Shown here: positions 24,781 to 33,657 of the stretch, one piece after another
Position numbering within the stretch: the stretch's first letter is position 1
Layout of the letters: every line of letters begins with the position of its first letter
Made by a program: the position numbers and the translations under genes
The notes under the pieces: generated by a model
Seen by the model: only the letters and a program-made list of their open reading frames with translations
Databases searched by the model: none
What the model was told of the DNA's origin: nothing
Source: an uncultured Clostridia bacterium
GTDB taxonomy: Bacteria; Bacillota; Sulfobacillia; SLMV01
Direction of reading: 5' to 3'
Assembly: GCA_964385545.1 (NCBI GenBank)
Contig: CAYLPL010000001.1
Coordinates: forward strand, 1-35,822
DNA: 35,822 nucleotides

Positions 24781-27756
24781 GTGTCAGCGAGAGGTAGAAG
24801 ACCCCGCAACAGCCCGCCCGTACCCCCGGGGGATCTCCTCGGGGAATGGGCCCACATGCCCGAATTCAGGGATTTGCAGGACGGTCTAAAGCCCGGCGAT
24901 CGTTCACTGATGGTGCATGGCCTCGTGTCCTCCGCCGCGGTGGCTCTGACGGCCGCCCTGTGGCGTGAGAAGGGTGGCAATATCCTCCTTTTGGCACCGG
25001 ACGGCAGCGAGGCCAACCGTATGGCGGAAGACGCCTCGGCCTGGTTGGGTGAGGATAACGTGGAATTACTTCTGCCCATGGAGTTCATGCCGGAACCCGA
25101 GGCCGTTGGGACCCGGGACATCGCCGCAACGCGCTTGCGCGTCCTGGGAAGACTCCTGAGGGATGATCCGTTTCTCCTCGTGGCCTCGGTGGCGGCATGC
25201 GAACGCCATCTCCCCCCGAAGGATTTTTTCGGGGATCTAGTCTTCGAGATTCGGCGCGGTGCGCGATTGGAGCCCGAGGAACTGGTCCGGAGACTCGAGG
25301 AACTGGATTATTGGCGGGATAGTTCCGTGGCATCCTTTGGCACCTACGCGGTGCGGGGAGGAATCGTAGACTTTTTCGGTCCCGGCGAGGAACATCCCGT
25401 CCGGGTCGAGTTCTTCGGTGACGTGGTGGACGGTATACGACATTTCGATCCGGACACCCAGAGGTCGGTGGAGAATGTCGACCGGGCGGTGGTCTTGCCC
25501 GCGGCGGAGAGTTTTCCTCCCGACGATGAACGCGCGTTCGAGGATGCGATCTGGGCTTTGGAGAAGGATTTGAATGCGGCGGTAGAGGATTTGAAAAGAC
25601 GCGGTCGTGCCCGTTCGGGCGCGAGACTACAGGAGAGAATTCGCCGACAGATCAGGGTGCTCGGCGAGAGACTGTTCATACCGAATTTTGATCCCTTCCT
25701 ACCATACTTCTTCGACGATATGGAGACGATCTTCGATTACCTGCCCCCGGGTTCTCCCGTCGTGGCATGGAATCCGATGGAGCTCGGCCGTGTCGTGCGC
25801 GGCCAATCGCAGAAGCTGCGGGAACGTCGGGAACGCCTCGTGGGGGACGGTACCATCCTGCCGCACCAGATGGATACCATCATGGATCCGTCGGAGGTCG
25901 ACATCCCACCGCACGGTAGGCCGCGCGTCTATCTTTCCAACATATTGGGCCGCGTGGAGGGAGAGAGTCCCTCGGAGGTCATACGCATCGGCACCCGCAG
26001 CCCGGAGCCGTTTTACGGGCAGTGGGACATGTTTCGCGAAGAACTGCGACGCTGGCGGTCCCAAAGGCGCGAGGTCGTGGTCATGGCGCCCGACGAAGAT
26101 CGCGCGCGTGCCACACGAGAGATGCTGGGGGAAGTGAGCCCGCGCGTCGAGGTGTCTTCCCTCGCCCGCGGTTTCGAACTCCCCGCCCGCGACCTCATCG
26201 TGATAGCCGAGGCGGAGATTCGCGGCAGGGCCACCGCGCGCCCCCGTTTCCGCGTGGCCCGAGGAAAGCACCGTGCCGTCGAGAGTTACGAAGACCTACG
26301 TCCCGGCGATTACGTGGTACACCGCCATCACGGAATAGGCGAGTACCTAGGCATAAGTCGTCGCGAGGTGGGAGGAGTGGAGAGGGATTATCTCACACTC
26401 CGCTACGCCGAAGGTGACCGGCTCTACGTGCCCGCTGATTCGGTAGATCTAATCCACAAGTATTCCTCCGGCGACGGGGAAGAACCCCGGATTTATCGGT
26501 TGGGCGGTTCGGAATGGGCCCGGGTGAAGGAACGGGTGCGAAATTCCGTCCGGGACCTGACCCAGCAACTATTGGAGCTGTATTCGGTACGCGAGGAGAC
26601 GGAAGGCTTCGCTTTTCCGCCGGATACTCCTTGGCAGGCGGAGTTCGAGGCAGCCTTCCCCTACGAGGATACGCCGGATCAAATGGAAGTGTCGCGGGAT
26701 ATCAAGCGGGCCATGGAAACCTCCGAGCCGATGGATTATCTGCTGTGCGGAGATGTCGGATACGGGAAGACGGAAGTCGCCTTCCGCGCCGCATTCAAGG
26801 CCATGGCCGCCTCCAAGCAGGTGGTCTTTTTGGTTCCCACGACCGTCCTGGCGCAACAGCACTACAATAGCGCCCTTGAGCGCTTTGCGGGTTGGCCGAT
26901 GAAGATCTCCGTGTTGAGTCGTTTCCGCACTCCCCGGCAGCAGGAAGAGACCATAGCGGGATTACGCCGCGGCGAGGTCGACATGGTCATCGGGACCCAC
27001 CGCCTGCTCGGCAACGATGTCGCCTTCCGTGATCTGGGGCTCATCATCGTCGACGAAGAACACCGCTTCGGCGTGGGGCATAAGGAGAAGTTGAAGGAAC
27101 TCAGGACCAGTGTCGACGTGCTCACGCTCTCGGCTACACCGATACCGAGGACTTTGCACATGGCCCTTTCTGGTATCCGGGACATCGGGATGATAGAGAC
27201 GCCTCCCGAGGATCGACTGCCGGTGGTCACCTACGTGATGGAACACGATTCTCGCCTGGTGGCCGACGCTATCCACCGCGAAATGGAACGTGGAGGGCGT
27301 ATCTTTTACGTCCACAATCGGGTGAGGAGCATGGATGTCGCGGTGCGTCGCGTGGAACGAATGGCACCCTCGGCACGCATAGGGGTAGCCCACGGCCAGA
27401 TGCCCGAGAGCAACCTGGAGAATACCATGGACTCTTTCACCGAGGGAGACCTGGATGTCCTGGTTTGCACCACCATAATAGAATCGGGGCTCGACATCCC
27501 CGCCGCCAATACCCTGATCGTTGAGGACGCCGATAGATTGGGATTGGCCCAGCTTTATCAGTTGCGGGGGCGCGTTGGTCGCTCGGACAGGCTGGCGTAT
27601 GCCTATCTCACCTACAGATCCGGAGAGGTACTCACGGGACCGGCGGCGGAACGATTGCACGCGCTTCGGGAGTTTACGGAATTGGGATCCGGGTTCCGTC
27701 TGGCCAAGCGCGCGCTTGAAATACGGGGGGCGGGGAACGTCCTCGGGGCGGAGTAA
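24781..27756 (+). CDS. mfd: Transcription-repair coupling factor Mfd, N-terminal 991 codons ending at a premature in-frame TAA
   Basis: The CarD-like RNAP-interaction segment is present (YEDLRPGDYVVHRHHGIGEYLG). So are the superfamily-2 helicase motifs (LCGDVGYGKTEVA, IVDEEHRFGV, LTLSATPIPRTL, QLRGRVGRS). The ORF stops at LEIRGAGNVLGAE-TAA, where orthologues continue EQHGF/EQSGH. Confidence 0.9.
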   Translation: MSARGRRPRNSPPVPPGDLLGEWAHMPEFRDLQDGLKPGDRSLMVHGLVSSAAVALTAALWREKGGNILLLAPDGSEANRMAEDASAWLGEDNVELLLPMEFMPEPEAVGTRDIAATRLRVLGRLLRDDPFLLVASVAACERHLPPKDFFGDLVFEIRRGARLEPEELVRRLEELDYWRDSSVASFGTYAVRGGIVDFFGPGEEHPVRVEFFGDVVDGIRHFDPDTQRSVENVDRAVVLPAAESFPPDDERAFEDAIWALEKDLNAAVEDLKRRGRARSGARLQERIRRQIRVLGERLFIPNFDPFLPYFFDDMETIFDYLPPGSPVVAWNPMELGRVVRGQSQKLRERRERLVGDGTILPHQMDTIMDPSEVDIPPHGRPRVYLSNILGRVEGESPSEVIRIGTRSPEPFYGQWDMFREELRRWRSQRREVVVMAPDEDRARATREMLGEVSPRVEVSSLARGFELPARDLIVIAEAEIRGRATARPRFRVARGKHRAVESYEDLRPGDYVVHRHHGIGEYLGISRREVGGVERDYLTLRYAEGDRLYVPADSVDLIHKYSSGDGEEPRIYRLGGSEWARVKERVRNSVRDLTQQLLELYSVREETEGFAFPPDTPWQAEFEAAFPYEDTPDQMEVSRDIKRAMETSEPMDYLLCGDVGYGKTEVAFRAAFKAMAASKQVVFLVPTTVLAQQHYNSALERFAGWPMKISVLSRFRTPRQQEETIAGLRRGEVDMVIGTHRLLGNDVAFRDLGLIIVDEEHRFGVGHKEKLKELRTSVDVLTLSATPIPRTLHMALSGIRDIGMIETPPEDRLPVVTYVMEHDSRLVADAIHREMERGGRIFYVHNRVRSMDVAVRRVERMAPSARIGVAHGQMPESNLENTMDSFTEGDLDVLVCTTIIESGLDIPAANTLIVEDADRLGLAQLYQLRGRVGRSDRLAYAYLTYRSGEVLTGPAAERLHALREFTELGSGFRLAKRALEIRGAGNVLGAE

Positions 27757-27861
27757 CATGGCTTCGTGCTCGCGGTGGGCTTCGAACTGTATACCCGTGT
27801 TCTCCTCGAGGCGGCCGCTGAGTTCAGGGGACAGGGGATGCGTCCGCAGCTATAGCCCGTT

Positions 27862-28308
27862 TTGGAAATTCCGGTCGATGCCTATGTTGCCGAGGTCTAC
27901 GTGTCCGAGAGCGCCCAACGGGTATCGCTCTACCGCCGACTCGGCAATTTGGATTCCACCGGGCAATTGCGCGACCTCCTCGACGAGATGTTGGACCGTT
28001 TCGGCGATCCTCCGGCGCCGGTGATCAACCTCGTGGATTTGGCCCGCCTGGGTATCTTGGCCGCTGACCGGGGGGTGACCAGGATCAGCGTGGATGGGAG
28101 ACGCCTGGTCTTGGAGATGGTGGTTCGGGAGGATGAACCGGATTGGCCTCGATTGGCAGGGGAGCATTCACTGCGGGCAGCGACGAGGGATTTCGCTGGC
28201 GGCAGGCGGGTGACCCTGCGTCCGGCACGCTCCGGGGACAAGCCGCCGGGGCTGGGGAAGATACGCGATCTGGTGGCGGAGATCCCGCCTCTTAGGAAAG
28301 ATGTTTGA
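27862..28308 (+). pseudogene. mfd: Mfd C-terminal domain fragment, in the same frame as 24781..27756 and downstream of a second in-frame stop (TAG 27853)
   Basis: The frame equals that of the upstream mfd ORF. The 27757-27852 segment translates as HGFVLAVGFELYTRVLLEAAAEFRGQGMRPQL, the conserved Mfd continuation. After the TAG it reads PVLEIPVDAYVAEVYVSESAQRVSLYRRL...MLDRFGDPPAPV, which is typical of the Mfd C-terminal domain. There is no SD before TTG 27862. Confidence 0.8.
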
Positions 28309-28392
28309 ACGAACTTTTGAACTACTGTTATGGTAGCATATAGCAAAGGTCGTCCCACCGGGCGATCAGATCCGTCGAAAGGAGATTCCACC

Positions 28393-28944
28393 ATGAAAAG
28401 GGCTACGGGGATCGTTCGGAAGATCGACGAGCTCGGACGCGTGGTAATACCGATGGAGATACGCCGCACCCTCAGGATTGGGAACGGGGAACCCCTCGAA
28501 ATCTTTACCGATGGGGAGGGAAACGTCGTTCTCAGGAAATTTTCCGCAGTATCCAACCTGGACAATCTCGCCAAAAATGTCGCCGACGCCATCTCTCAAA
28601 CCACCAATCGGGTTGTCTTGATCACCGACCGCGATGCCGTGGTGGCGGCCGCCGGTCCCGAGGAGGAGATGGTGGGGCGCGGAGTTGGATCTGCCGTACG
28701 GCGCTGCATTGCGAGCGGTGAATTGGTGGTGTCCACCTTCCTCGCCTCGAGGGACGATGCTACACCGCTTGAGGATTGGGCCGGAAAAACGTATCCGGAG
28801 TTTTACGTTTTACCGATCGACGGCGATGGCGTGCAGGGCACGGTCATCGTGGCTCGCCGCGAAGATGAAGCGGTACTCGATGATGAGGATCTGTGCGCGG
28901 CGCGAACCGGCGCTACCATACTCGCCGGGATGATCCGGGCGTAA
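28393..28944 (+). CDS. spoVT: Stage V sporulation protein T (AbrB-type swapped-hairpin N-domain plus GAF-like C-domain)
   Basis: MKRATGIVRKIDELGRVVIPMEIRRTLRIGNGEPLEIFTDGEGNVVLRKFS is nearly collinear with B. subtilis SpoVT. At 183 aa the length includes the C-terminal sensor domain, so this is not the short AbrB. ATG follows AAAGGAG. Confidence 0.88.
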   Translation: MKRATGIVRKIDELGRVVIPMEIRRTLRIGNGEPLEIFTDGEGNVVLRKFSAVSNLDNLAKNVADAISQTTNRVVLITDRDAVVAAAGPEEEMVGRGVGSAVRRCIASGELVVSTFLASRDDATPLEDWAGKTYPEFYVLPIDGDGVQGTVIVARREDEAVLDDEDLCAARTGATILAGMIRA

Positions 28945-29015
28945 GTTGTGCGGGCGGGCCCGATGGGAGCCGCGAGAGTGGTTCAATGGTGCGGGTGCAA
29001 AGAACAGGGTGGGAT

Positions 29016-30638
29016 ATGCGCAGGGACAGTTTTCTCAGGGGTGCCTTCATCCTCATGGTCGGGAGCCTGATAAGTCGGGTTCTCGGAGCCGTCTATCGCT
29101 TCGTGTTGCCCTGGTTGATGGGTGGTGGCGACGCCGGCGCTTACGGCATGGCTCTATTCGGTCTACCCTACTCCATTTATTCCATCGCCCTTGTCTTGTC
29201 TACCATGGGAATCCCTCTGGCGGTTTCAAAACTGGTTTCCGAGGCCGAGGCCCGGGGATCCTTGGAAGAGGCGCGGCGTGTCTTCAGGATCTCCGTCTTC
29301 TTACTCATGGGATTGGGCGCTTTCTTCTCTTTAATCCTTTTTGCCGTAAGCCCCTACTTTTCTCGAGAAGTGTGGCAAAATCCCGATGCCTACTACAGCA
29401 TGATAGCCCTATCTCCGGCGGTGTTCTTCGTGGCCCTGATGTCGGCATTCCGGGGTTGGTTTCAGGGTTTGCAGTCCATGACCCCGCATGCCACCTCGCA
29501 GGTGGTGGAACAGGTGGTGCGGGTGGTGACCATGTTCACCCTCGTCTCGGTACTGGTCCCCTACGGATTGAAATACGCCGCGGCGGGAGCCACCTTCGGT
29601 GCCACTACCGGAGCGCTCTTTGGCACGATGTACTTGATTTGGGTGTACTACAGGGATCGCGCATCCCGGCCCTCGGAAGTAGATGCCGGGGGTGATTCGG
29701 GCCCAGAAAGTGAATCTTTGGATACGGTGCGGTTGGTGAAGCGCCTTTTGACCTTCGCGATACCCATATCGATCAGCGGCTTGATCCTGCCGCTTATGCG
29801 AGTGGTGGACGCGGCCGTCGTTCCCACTCGTCTCATACAGAGCGGCTACAATGCGGTGGCCGCCACGACGGCCTACGGTTACCTGGAATCTTACAGCATG
29901 CCCTTTATAAACGTGCCGGCCATATTCTCCACGGCGGTGGCCATCAGCCTGGTGCCGTCGATATCGGCGTCCATGACCAGATCCGATCTCCCGGCTGTAC
30001 GGGAGAAAACCTTCGCAGGTTTGCGCATCGCGGCGCTGGTAGGGATGCCTTCGGCGGTGGGGCTTTGGGTCCTCGCGGACGAGATCCCGACTTTCTTTTG
30101 GCAGTCGCCCGAAGCGGGTCCGGTTTTGGCCTCGATATCCCTTGTCGGCCTGCTCTTGACCGTCCAGCAGGTTTCCTCTGCGGCGCTGCAGGGGATGGGA
30201 CTGCCCGCCCTGCCGATGTACAATCTGTTCGCCGGTGCCATGGTGAAACTGGGTTTGACCTGGGTGTTGACGGCCATGCCGACCCTGGGAGTACGGGGAG
30301 CGGGTTGGGCGACGGTCGTGGGATTCGCCGTGGCGGTGAGTCTCAATCTGTATTCGGTCGGGGGTAATACGGGACGGTTCAGTGTCGTCGGATTGTTCTG
30401 GCAGTCGGCCGCGGCCGCGATACTCATGGGACTGGCCGTGACCTTCGCCCTGGATCCGTTGACCGGAAGGCTTGGTTTGGGTGGAGCCGTGGTCGGCGGT
30501 GTGGCACTGGGGGTTTTGGTATACGGCGTGGCCATCCTGCTCTTCGGCGGCATCAGATCCGGCGATTTACAAATGATTCCCCGCGTCGGCGATCGCCTGG
30601 CGGAGCTGCTCAGGAAATGCCACTTGCTCAGGCGATAA
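29016..30638 (+). CDS. MOP-superfamily flippase (SpoVB/YabM/MurJ-like polysaccharide or lipid II flippase)
   Basis: The N-terminus FLRGAFILMVGSLISRVLGAVYRFVLPWLMGG..GAYGMA matches the SpoVB/YabM family, with about 14 TM helices. Its position after spoVT matches B. subtilis yabM. Start is ATG 29016, with ATG 28986 as an alternative. Confidence 0.82.
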   Translation: MRRDSFLRGAFILMVGSLISRVLGAVYRFVLPWLMGGGDAGAYGMALFGLPYSIYSIALVLSTMGIPLAVSKLVSEAEARGSLEEARRVFRISVFLLMGLGAFFSLILFAVSPYFSREVWQNPDAYYSMIALSPAVFFVALMSAFRGWFQGLQSMTPHATSQVVEQVVRVVTMFTLVSVLVPYGLKYAAAGATFGATTGALFGTMYLIWVYYRDRASRPSEVDAGGDSGPESESLDTVRLVKRLLTFAIPISISGLILPLMRVVDAAVVPTRLIQSGYNAVAATTAYGYLESYSMPFINVPAIFSTAVAISLVPSISASMTRSDLPAVREKTFAGLRIAALVGMPSAVGLWVLADEIPTFFWQSPEAGPVLASISLVGLLLTVQQVSSAALQGMGLPALPMYNLFAGAMVKLGLTWVLTAMPTLGVRGAGWATVVGFAVAVSLNLYSVGGNTGRFSVVGLFWQSAAAAILMGLAVTFALDPLTGRLGLGGAVVGGVALGVLVYGVAILLFGGIRSGDLQMIPRVGDRLAELLRKCHLLRR

Positions 30639-30666
30639 TTCCCCGATTAAGAGAGGTTATGATTTG

Positions 30667-32052
30667 ATGAGAGAACTGACTGTTTTGGGAATAGATCTCG
30701 CTGGGGAAGATTCCACCTTGGCTTGGTCGTCTCGGCCCCATGGCAAAGTACAGTTTCCTCCGGGCGAGACGGGGGAGGTGGCGCGGGACGAGCTGCGTCG
30801 GCTGGGGATCGAGTTCGTAGAGGTCACCTCCGGCGATGCTCCCGACACCTACTGCTCGCCGGGATGTCCCCTCCCCCTCGACTGTACCGCGGTTCGCCTG
30901 CGTGACGAGATCGGGAAGGAAAGGGGACGGCTGCGAATCCTTCAGGGCAATCCCCTGTCCTGGGCTGTGGAGGCAGTGGTCCAGGATGACCTTCCCGCGG
31001 GGGATGCTGGAAGTCGCGTTTTGGGTCCGACGGATGTCGCGATTTCCTTCCCCCACGCCGGGGGCACCTGGGTTGAGGGCCTTTGGGGGATGGAAGAACC
31101 CGGGACGGTACTGGATGAACTGGGATCATTCCTGCTCGTCGATCCCATTTGGGTGAGCGTACCGGATGGGACGATGGAGGAGATACCTCGCGATAAACTG
31201 CATTCTTCCTATCGCGCGGGCGATTTTCGGCTCCTCTACATTCCCCCCTCCCACGATGGGATCGTCTGGGGGAATGCGGTGGACCGTTCTTGTCGCCGGA
31301 TGGCGGAACTTATGGATGTGATATACCGCCTCCGGGCTCCCGGCGGGTGTCCGTGGGATAGATCCCATACGCACGAGAGCCTCAAGCCCTATCTACTGGA
31401 GGAATGCCACGAGCTCTTGGCTGCCATCGACTCGGGGAACCCGGAGAGCGTTCGAGACGAGTTGGGTGACGTGCTCCTCCAGGTGGCCCTGCACTCCGTC
31501 ATCGGCGACGAGATGGGCGACTTCGATCTGGCGGGGGTGGCGGCCGTAGTGAGGGAGAAGATGGTTCACCGCCATCCCCACGTCTTCGCGGATGCCCGTG
31601 CGGATTCTGCCGTGGATGTGGAGGCCAGCTGGGAGCGCATCAAGATGGGCGACGGGGGAGATGACAGGACGTTGTTGGACGGGGTTCCGACTTCCCTTCC
31701 GGCCCTGCTCCAGGCGGAGAAGGTTCAAAGTGTCGCATCCCGCGTGGGATTCGACTGGGATCACATCGACGGAGCCGTGGCCAAGCTGAATGAGGAGGTG
31801 GAGGAGTTTACCCGGGCCGTAGATAGCGAGGTCGGAGTGGCCGAGGAATTCGGCGACGTGCTTTTCTCCCTCGTAAACGTGGCCCGTTTCTTGCGCCTTT
31901 CGCCGGAGGTGGAGCTTCTAAAGACCGTGGCCAAGTTTCGCCGTCGTCTGGGTGCCGTGCAGCGACAGGCGAAAAGAGAAGGGCGCGACCTCGGAGAGAT
32001 GAGCCTCGAGGAGATGGACGAGCTTTGGGAGCTTCAAAAGGAGTGTGAATAG
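30667..32052 (+). CDS. mazG: YabN-type protein: degenerate tetrapyrrole-methylase-like N-domain plus MazG nucleoside triphosphate pyrophosphohydrolase domains
   Basis: The C-terminal part reads LRAPGGCPWDRSHTHESLKPYLLEECHELLAAID...ELGDVLLQV and later EEFGDVLFSLVNVARF, giving tandem MazG EExxE-type motifs. The N-terminus LTVLGIDLAGEDSTL parallels B. subtilis YabN ITVVGLGAGDMDQLT. Confidence 0.88.
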   Translation: MRELTVLGIDLAGEDSTLAWSSRPHGKVQFPPGETGEVARDELRRLGIEFVEVTSGDAPDTYCSPGCPLPLDCTAVRLRDEIGKERGRLRILQGNPLSWAVEAVVQDDLPAGDAGSRVLGPTDVAISFPHAGGTWVEGLWGMEEPGTVLDELGSFLLVDPIWVSVPDGTMEEIPRDKLHSSYRAGDFRLLYIPPSHDGIVWGNAVDRSCRRMAELMDVIYRLRAPGGCPWDRSHTHESLKPYLLEECHELLAAIDSGNPESVRDELGDVLLQVALHSVIGDEMGDFDLAGVAAVVREKMVHRHPHVFADARADSAVDVEASWERIKMGDGGDDRTLLDGVPTSLPALLQAEKVQSVASRVGFDWDHIDGAVAKLNEEVEEFTRAVDSEVGVAEEFGDVLFSLVNVARFLRLSPEVELLKTVAKFRRRLGAVQRQAKREGRDLGEMSLEEMDELWELQKECE

Positions 32053-32223
32053 CCATATAGCCCGTTTTAGCAGGAGATATGGGAGTGCTCGGCGAATGGG
32101 GCCGGTGGACTAGCGACGATTTGCGGGAAATTCTTGGGCATCTGCATCTTAGCAGGTGTCTCTCCCAAACGACCCGCCGAAGGATTGACAGGCGGCGAAT
32201 CTCATTCGGAGGTGGCGGAAAGA

Positions 32224-32508
32224 ATGCACAAATCTGATTTGGTGGATGCCGTAGCGGCGGAGACCGGGATGACGAAGAAGGATGTCGACAAGGTCATAGG
32301 CACGACCCTCGACACTATAGTGAATACCCTGTGCAATAATGAGAAGGTTTCCCTGGTGGGATTCGGTACTTTCGAGGTTCGTAAGCGGAGCGCTCGCAAG
32401 GGCCGGAACCCCGCTACGGGTGAAGAAATGCAGATCCCGGCGGGCTACGTCCCCGGTTTCCGGGTTAGCAAATCCGTTCGCGAGAAAGTTAACGAAGAAC
32501 TGGCGTAG
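32224..32508 (+). CDS. hup: HU-family nucleoid-associated DNA-binding protein
   Basis: MHKSDLVDAVAAETGMTKKDVDKVIGTTLDTIVNTL...VSLVGFGTFEVRKRSARKGRNPATGEEMQIPAGYVPGFRVSK is canonical HU. ATG 32224 follows GGAGGTGG; the longest ORF starts at 32134. Confidence 0.95.
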   Translation: MHKSDLVDAVAAETGMTKKDVDKVIGTTLDTIVNTLCNNEKVSLVGFGTFEVRKRSARKGRNPATGEEMQIPAGYVPGFRVSKSVREKVNEELA

Positions 32509-32534
32509 GGTAGTGTCATTGGGGAAAGAGACAT

Positions 32535-32575
32535 GCATCGGGGTGTCGAGTCTTCGGCGCCCCGATGTTCCTTTT
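32535..32575 (+). terminator. Rho-independent terminator after hup
   Basis: CATCGGGG (32535-32542) pairs with CCCCGATG (32559-32566). TTCCTTTTT (32567-32575) follows directly. Confidence 0.7.
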
Positions 32576-32610
32576 TACCCCGGAGTCGGACCCAGCGAGG
32601 AGGTTGTGAG

Positions 32611-32877
32611 TTGAGGATCGACAAGTTCTTGAAGCTTTCGCGGATCATAAAAAGAAGAACCGTGGCCCGGGCGGCGTGCCAAAGCGGCCGAGTCAAGGTG
32701 AACGATCACGTGGCCAAGCCCGGGCGCGAAGTCGAAGTCGGCGACCGCGTGGAGATAGAGTTTGGTAACCGGATCTTGGAGATCGAAGTGGTAGAGATTG
32801 CCACTCACGTGCCGGCTGCGAAGGCTCCCGAGTTGTACAGGGTGATTCGTGAAGAGTATCGCGAGGATGAAGCATAG
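32611..32877 (+). CDS. yabO: S4-domain RNA-binding protein (YabO/Hsp15-like)
   Basis: LRIDKFLKLSRIIKRRTVARAACQSGRVKVNDHVAKPGREVEVGDRVEI is an S4 fold. It is 88 aa from TTG 32611, 7 nt after GAGGAGG. Its position matches B. subtilis yabO. Confidence 0.85.
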   Translation: MRIDKFLKLSRIIKRRTVARAACQSGRVKVNDHVAKPGREVEVGDRVEIEFGNRILEIEVVEIATHVPAAKAPELYRVIREEYREDEA

Positions 32878-32918
32878 GTGAGGGTCGTCGCTGCGAGATC
32901 GCGATCCGTCGTGTGCAA

Positions 32919-33371
32919 CTAATCGAAAAAGGGTATGAGCGCCGTAACGCCCTCGGCTATGCCGAGGCTAATCAGGCCCGCGAGAATGATCGCCAGGGCG
33001 AGGGACATGGCGGATTTGACGAAGTCCAAATCGAGCAGTACGGCCGTGACGGCCCCGACCCAGGGGCCCGTACCCGGGATCGGCAAGGCGACGGAGACGA
33101 GTATGCCGATATAACCGTACTTCTCTATCAAGGGGCGATTGCGTTGCGTGAGGCGCAAAAGAAATTGTCTCGCGCCCGGAAAATAGCGCCCGCTGGCGAG
33201 CAAAAGCGAGCGCAGGACTATGAGTGATGGCAGGACGGTCGCGGCACTGCTCCCCGCGGCGATACCAAGCGCCACGAAAGGGCTTAGACCGTAAACTACC
33301 GCGACGGGAACTCCGATGCGAACATCCCAAATCGACGCCATTATGATTTCAGGAAGATTCTCAAGCGGCAC
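32919..33371 (-). CDS. Small multidrug-export-like membrane protein (COG2426/Sm_multidrug_ex family, from memory)
   Basis: Four TM helices. The motifs IWDVRIGVPVAVVYGL and GILVSVALPIPGTGPWVGAV resemble that family. Preferred start is GTG 33371, 7 nt after GGAGGAG; the longest ORF reaches 33404. Confidence 0.6.
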   Translation of the reverse strand: MPLENLPEIIMASIWDVRIGVPVAVVYGLSPFVALGIAAGSSAATVLPSLIVLRSLLLASGRYFPGARQFLLRLTQRNRPLIEKYGYIGILVSVALPIPGTGPWVGAVTAVLLDLDFVKSAMSLALAIILAGLISLGIAEGVTALIPFFD

Positions 33372-33406
33372 GGATCCACTCCTCCAGCAATCTATACTCC
33401 TCACGA

Positions 33407-33415
33407 ATTATAGCA
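33407..33415 (-). promoter_or_regulatory. Extended -10 promoter element (TGcTATAAT) for the small export gene
   Basis: The minus strand reads TGCTATAAT about 35 nt upstream of GTG 33371. There is no good -35. Confidence 0.4.
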
Positions 33416-33604
33416 CAACCGATGGTGTGACGGCGTGAGCATCTACCATTACAAAAATGTAAATCGGGATGCGTTGCCGTATCGATCCGCCATTGTCTCC
33501 ACTACCCTGGTGCCTGGCGCGAGGCGGGCGATGATGGTTCGTGTGTCCTTCATGGCCTGGCTGATGTGGGGAGGAGATTCGATCTCGAGCCAGAATAGAG
33601 AAGA

Positions 33605-33657
33605 TTACCCACATATGTAGTTTATTTGTCCACAGATTGTAGATAAACTGTGGATAG
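33605..33657. promoter_or_regulatory. Cluster of three near-consensus DnaA boxes
   Basis: The boxes are TTACCCACA (33605-33613, +), TTGTCCACA (33626-33634, +) and TGTGGATAG (33649-33657), which is CTATCCACA on the minus strand. Each matches TTATCCACA at 8 of 9 positions. Boxes 2 and 3 form an inverted repeat, CCACAG-N12-CTGTGG. Confidence 0.55.

Noticed and set aside
27754-27855. Stop-codon reassignment or programmed readthrough (TAA/TAG read as Gln) as the explanation for the in-frame stops in mfd.
   Set aside because: TAA or TAG terminates about a dozen confidently called genes here at their expected lengths: pyrG, spoVT, fabI, hup, mazG, yabO, ktrB, the GGDEF gene and others. I saw no other conserved gene with internal TAA or TAG.
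27850-27863. The 13-nt string TATAGCCCGTTTT at the second mfd stop recurs just after the mazG stop (32058-32070). It might suggest a repeated inserted element.
   Set aside because: For a 35.8-kb window, roughly ten identical 13-mer pairs are expected by chance under equal base frequencies. There is no extended similarity on either side.
28309-28392. A possible forespore sigma-F/G-type promoter (CATATAG preceded by TGAACT) upstream of spoVT.
   Set aside because: The spacing and match to the consensus as I remember it are poor. I cannot distinguish it from a weak sigma-A-like TTGAAC-16-TATAGC arrangement.
33605-33657. The DnaA-box cluster as a replication origin (oriC).
   Set aside because: There are only three boxes. 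There is no adjacent AT-rich unwinding element or repeated 13-mers, and no dnaA/dnaN nearby. In related genomes the surrounding genes lie tens of kb from oriC.
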